From Alphaproteobacteria bacterium (GTDB lineage: Bacteria > Pseudomonadota > Alphaproteobacteria > MPNO01 > UBA830), in assembly GCA_965243135.1 (NCBI GenBank), contig OZ251539.1:1312001-1376000 (forward strand): a stretch of DNA of 64,000 bases, written 5' to 3'. The notes beneath the pieces are model-generated. The model ran no database searches. It was not told the origin of the DNA and saw only the letters and a program-made list of their open reading frames with translations. A program made the translations under genes and the position numbers. Of this stretch, positions 62,394-64,000 are shown one piece after another. Every line of letters starts with the position of its first letter. Within the stretch, counting starts at the first letter, position 1.

Positions 62394-63229
62394 TTATCGT
62401 GACTGCTCACAGTTCGAATCGAGCGCTTTCAGTTCGTCATAGCGCTTCAAAAATTCTCGATGCATTCGGGTAACCATGCCAAGTAAATCTTCGTATTTTC
62501 GGACGTATATTTGCGAACGTTCCAAGTTATCCATTTTCTCGATAACTTCCCAAGTGTTGACCAAATCTCCGCAAAGCAGATATCCTACAACGCCTTTAAG
62601 TCGTAGATCGGGATCAGTGGTTTTTTTGACTTGATTTCTCACGAACGATACATATCTTTCGATTTGCTCCAATTCCCTGATGGACGCTCGCAAACCGGGG
62701 CGCTTTATCTCCACTACTACCAAGTTTGTACTCTCTCGAACGCAAAGAAAATCAATTCGTCTGTCGGATTCCGGGAGATCGTCCGATTCGGGAAATTGCT
62801 CCTTAAAATGGCGCTGAATCTTACCTCATCATCCACCAGCGTCCACCGTGGATCGATAACCCAGGGAAACTCTTTCAGAAAATTATGAAGCGTAGGTACC
62901 TCCAATGCGTTAGTTTTGATCAAATCCTGCAGCTTTTGTATCGTGGTAATTCTGCCCTCGGCCACGCGAGACATTTCTTTCGATTCCACTATCTGCCATT
63001 CTCTAAATAATTTAAAGATGGTTGAAACGTCATCTATATCTGCCTTCACTAAATCGTCAGCTATCTGCACGAATGAATCGAATTCGATAAAGTCCAAAGA
63101 CATTTTGATTATCGGCATAATTTCTTCTTTTTCAGCGGTCAGGTTCTTGGTTATCGATTGACGGACGAGCTGATCCGCTAATTCGAACGCTCTACCGGTT
63201 TGCTTGGGGTGCAGATCTATTTTTGCCAA
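62394..63229 (-). pseudogene. C-terminal nuclease-like part of a larger (probably ATPase-REase) gene, truncated by ISKra4
   Basis: LHNFLKEFPWVIDPRW, then VVVEIKRPG...QIERY; frameshift near 62760; AT-richer. Confidence 0.55.
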
Positions 63230-63268
63230 ACTCCTTGTTTTTATTTATGGAATCGGGGATTTCCGCCG

Positions 63269-64000
63269 TCAGGCCGCGATGACGTTGAACGCCTGATTGT
63301 CGTTCGCAGCCCCAGTCATTGCCTGCCATGCCGACTCGAAGCGGCCCGACCTTATCAACGCTCTGAGAGTGAGGACGTTCTGACCGCCTTCGACGCTCCA
63401 GCGCGTGCCGGCCCGTTTCATGCGCTGGTTGACCAGCACCTTGTTGGCGGCCTCCACGACGCCCGACCGCGTAGCCGCCGGCCCTGAGGCTCGCATAGCG
63501 CATGCGGCGCCTGTGCTTGCGGAAAAACCTGAGCTCGCGCCCGAGAACCTTGAGCGCCGTTTCCGTCGTCGCCTTGTCGCGGAGGTCGCCAACCTTGTCG
63601 ACGCCGTCGGCGTCGTCGCGCAGGACGGCACGGTACTTTTCGTACCAGTTGCTTGCGACGGTCCGAGACCTCGTTGAGATGTTCGCACGCAAAAATCGAC
63701 CGCCCGCTCGTCGGGCCGGAGGTTGTCGAGAAACGTCCAGTTGTCGGGCGCGGCGTCGGCAACGGCGACCACCTTCAGGTCGGGCCGTACTTTGGTGGGC
63801 GACCTCTTCGGCGAGTTGCGCCTTCAGCGTCGCCTTGCCGGCCTCCGGCTCCGAAACTGAGCGTTTTCAAGCGATTGCCTTCCGCGTCGTGGAAACTGAC
63901 CGTCCCGCAGGACGCCTCGCGCCAGCACGCTTCTTCCTCCCCGTCCGGGCGAAGCGAAACCCCGTCAAGCGAAACGGCGCAGGAAACCGCCTCCTCCGGC
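63269..64000 (-). mobile_element. ISKra4-like transposase pseudogene (runs off the window)
   Basis: VADAAPDNWTFL, MRYA, SGVVEAANKVLVNQRMKRAGTRWS. Confidence 0.75.

Overview
GC-rich bacterial window, probably proteobacterial. It is mostly a defence/mobile-element island around two housekeeping blocks: ghrA-ald-S8 protease (1.7-7.2 kb) and nadX-crotonase-acyl-CoA ligase-MFS-SBP (37-42.7 kb). Intact defence-type loci are: a ComEC-like MBL hydrolase coupled to a single E2-E1(ThiF)-JAB-patatin polyprotein with no CD-NTase (the most unusual item), an OLD-type ATPase-TOPRIM nuclease, a SIR2-HerA operon with a third KTSC gene, an AT-rich SIR2-NTPase gene, a ParB-like plus REase-fold gene pair and a VapBC module. 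They sit among decayed modules (HicAB, HigBA, two AAA+S8 ietAS-like pairs, two restriction-modification remnants) and three mosaic AAA/PD-(D/E)XK paralogues. Mobile DNA includes three copies of a CAG-ended IS with 9-bp TSDs, an IS66-type element with an 8-bp TSD, ISKra4/IS4/IS630 remnants and a dispersed ~240-bp repeat at block junctions. No rRNA, tRNA or CRISPR array was seen. All family calls come from motif reading, not database searches, and remnant boundaries are approximate.
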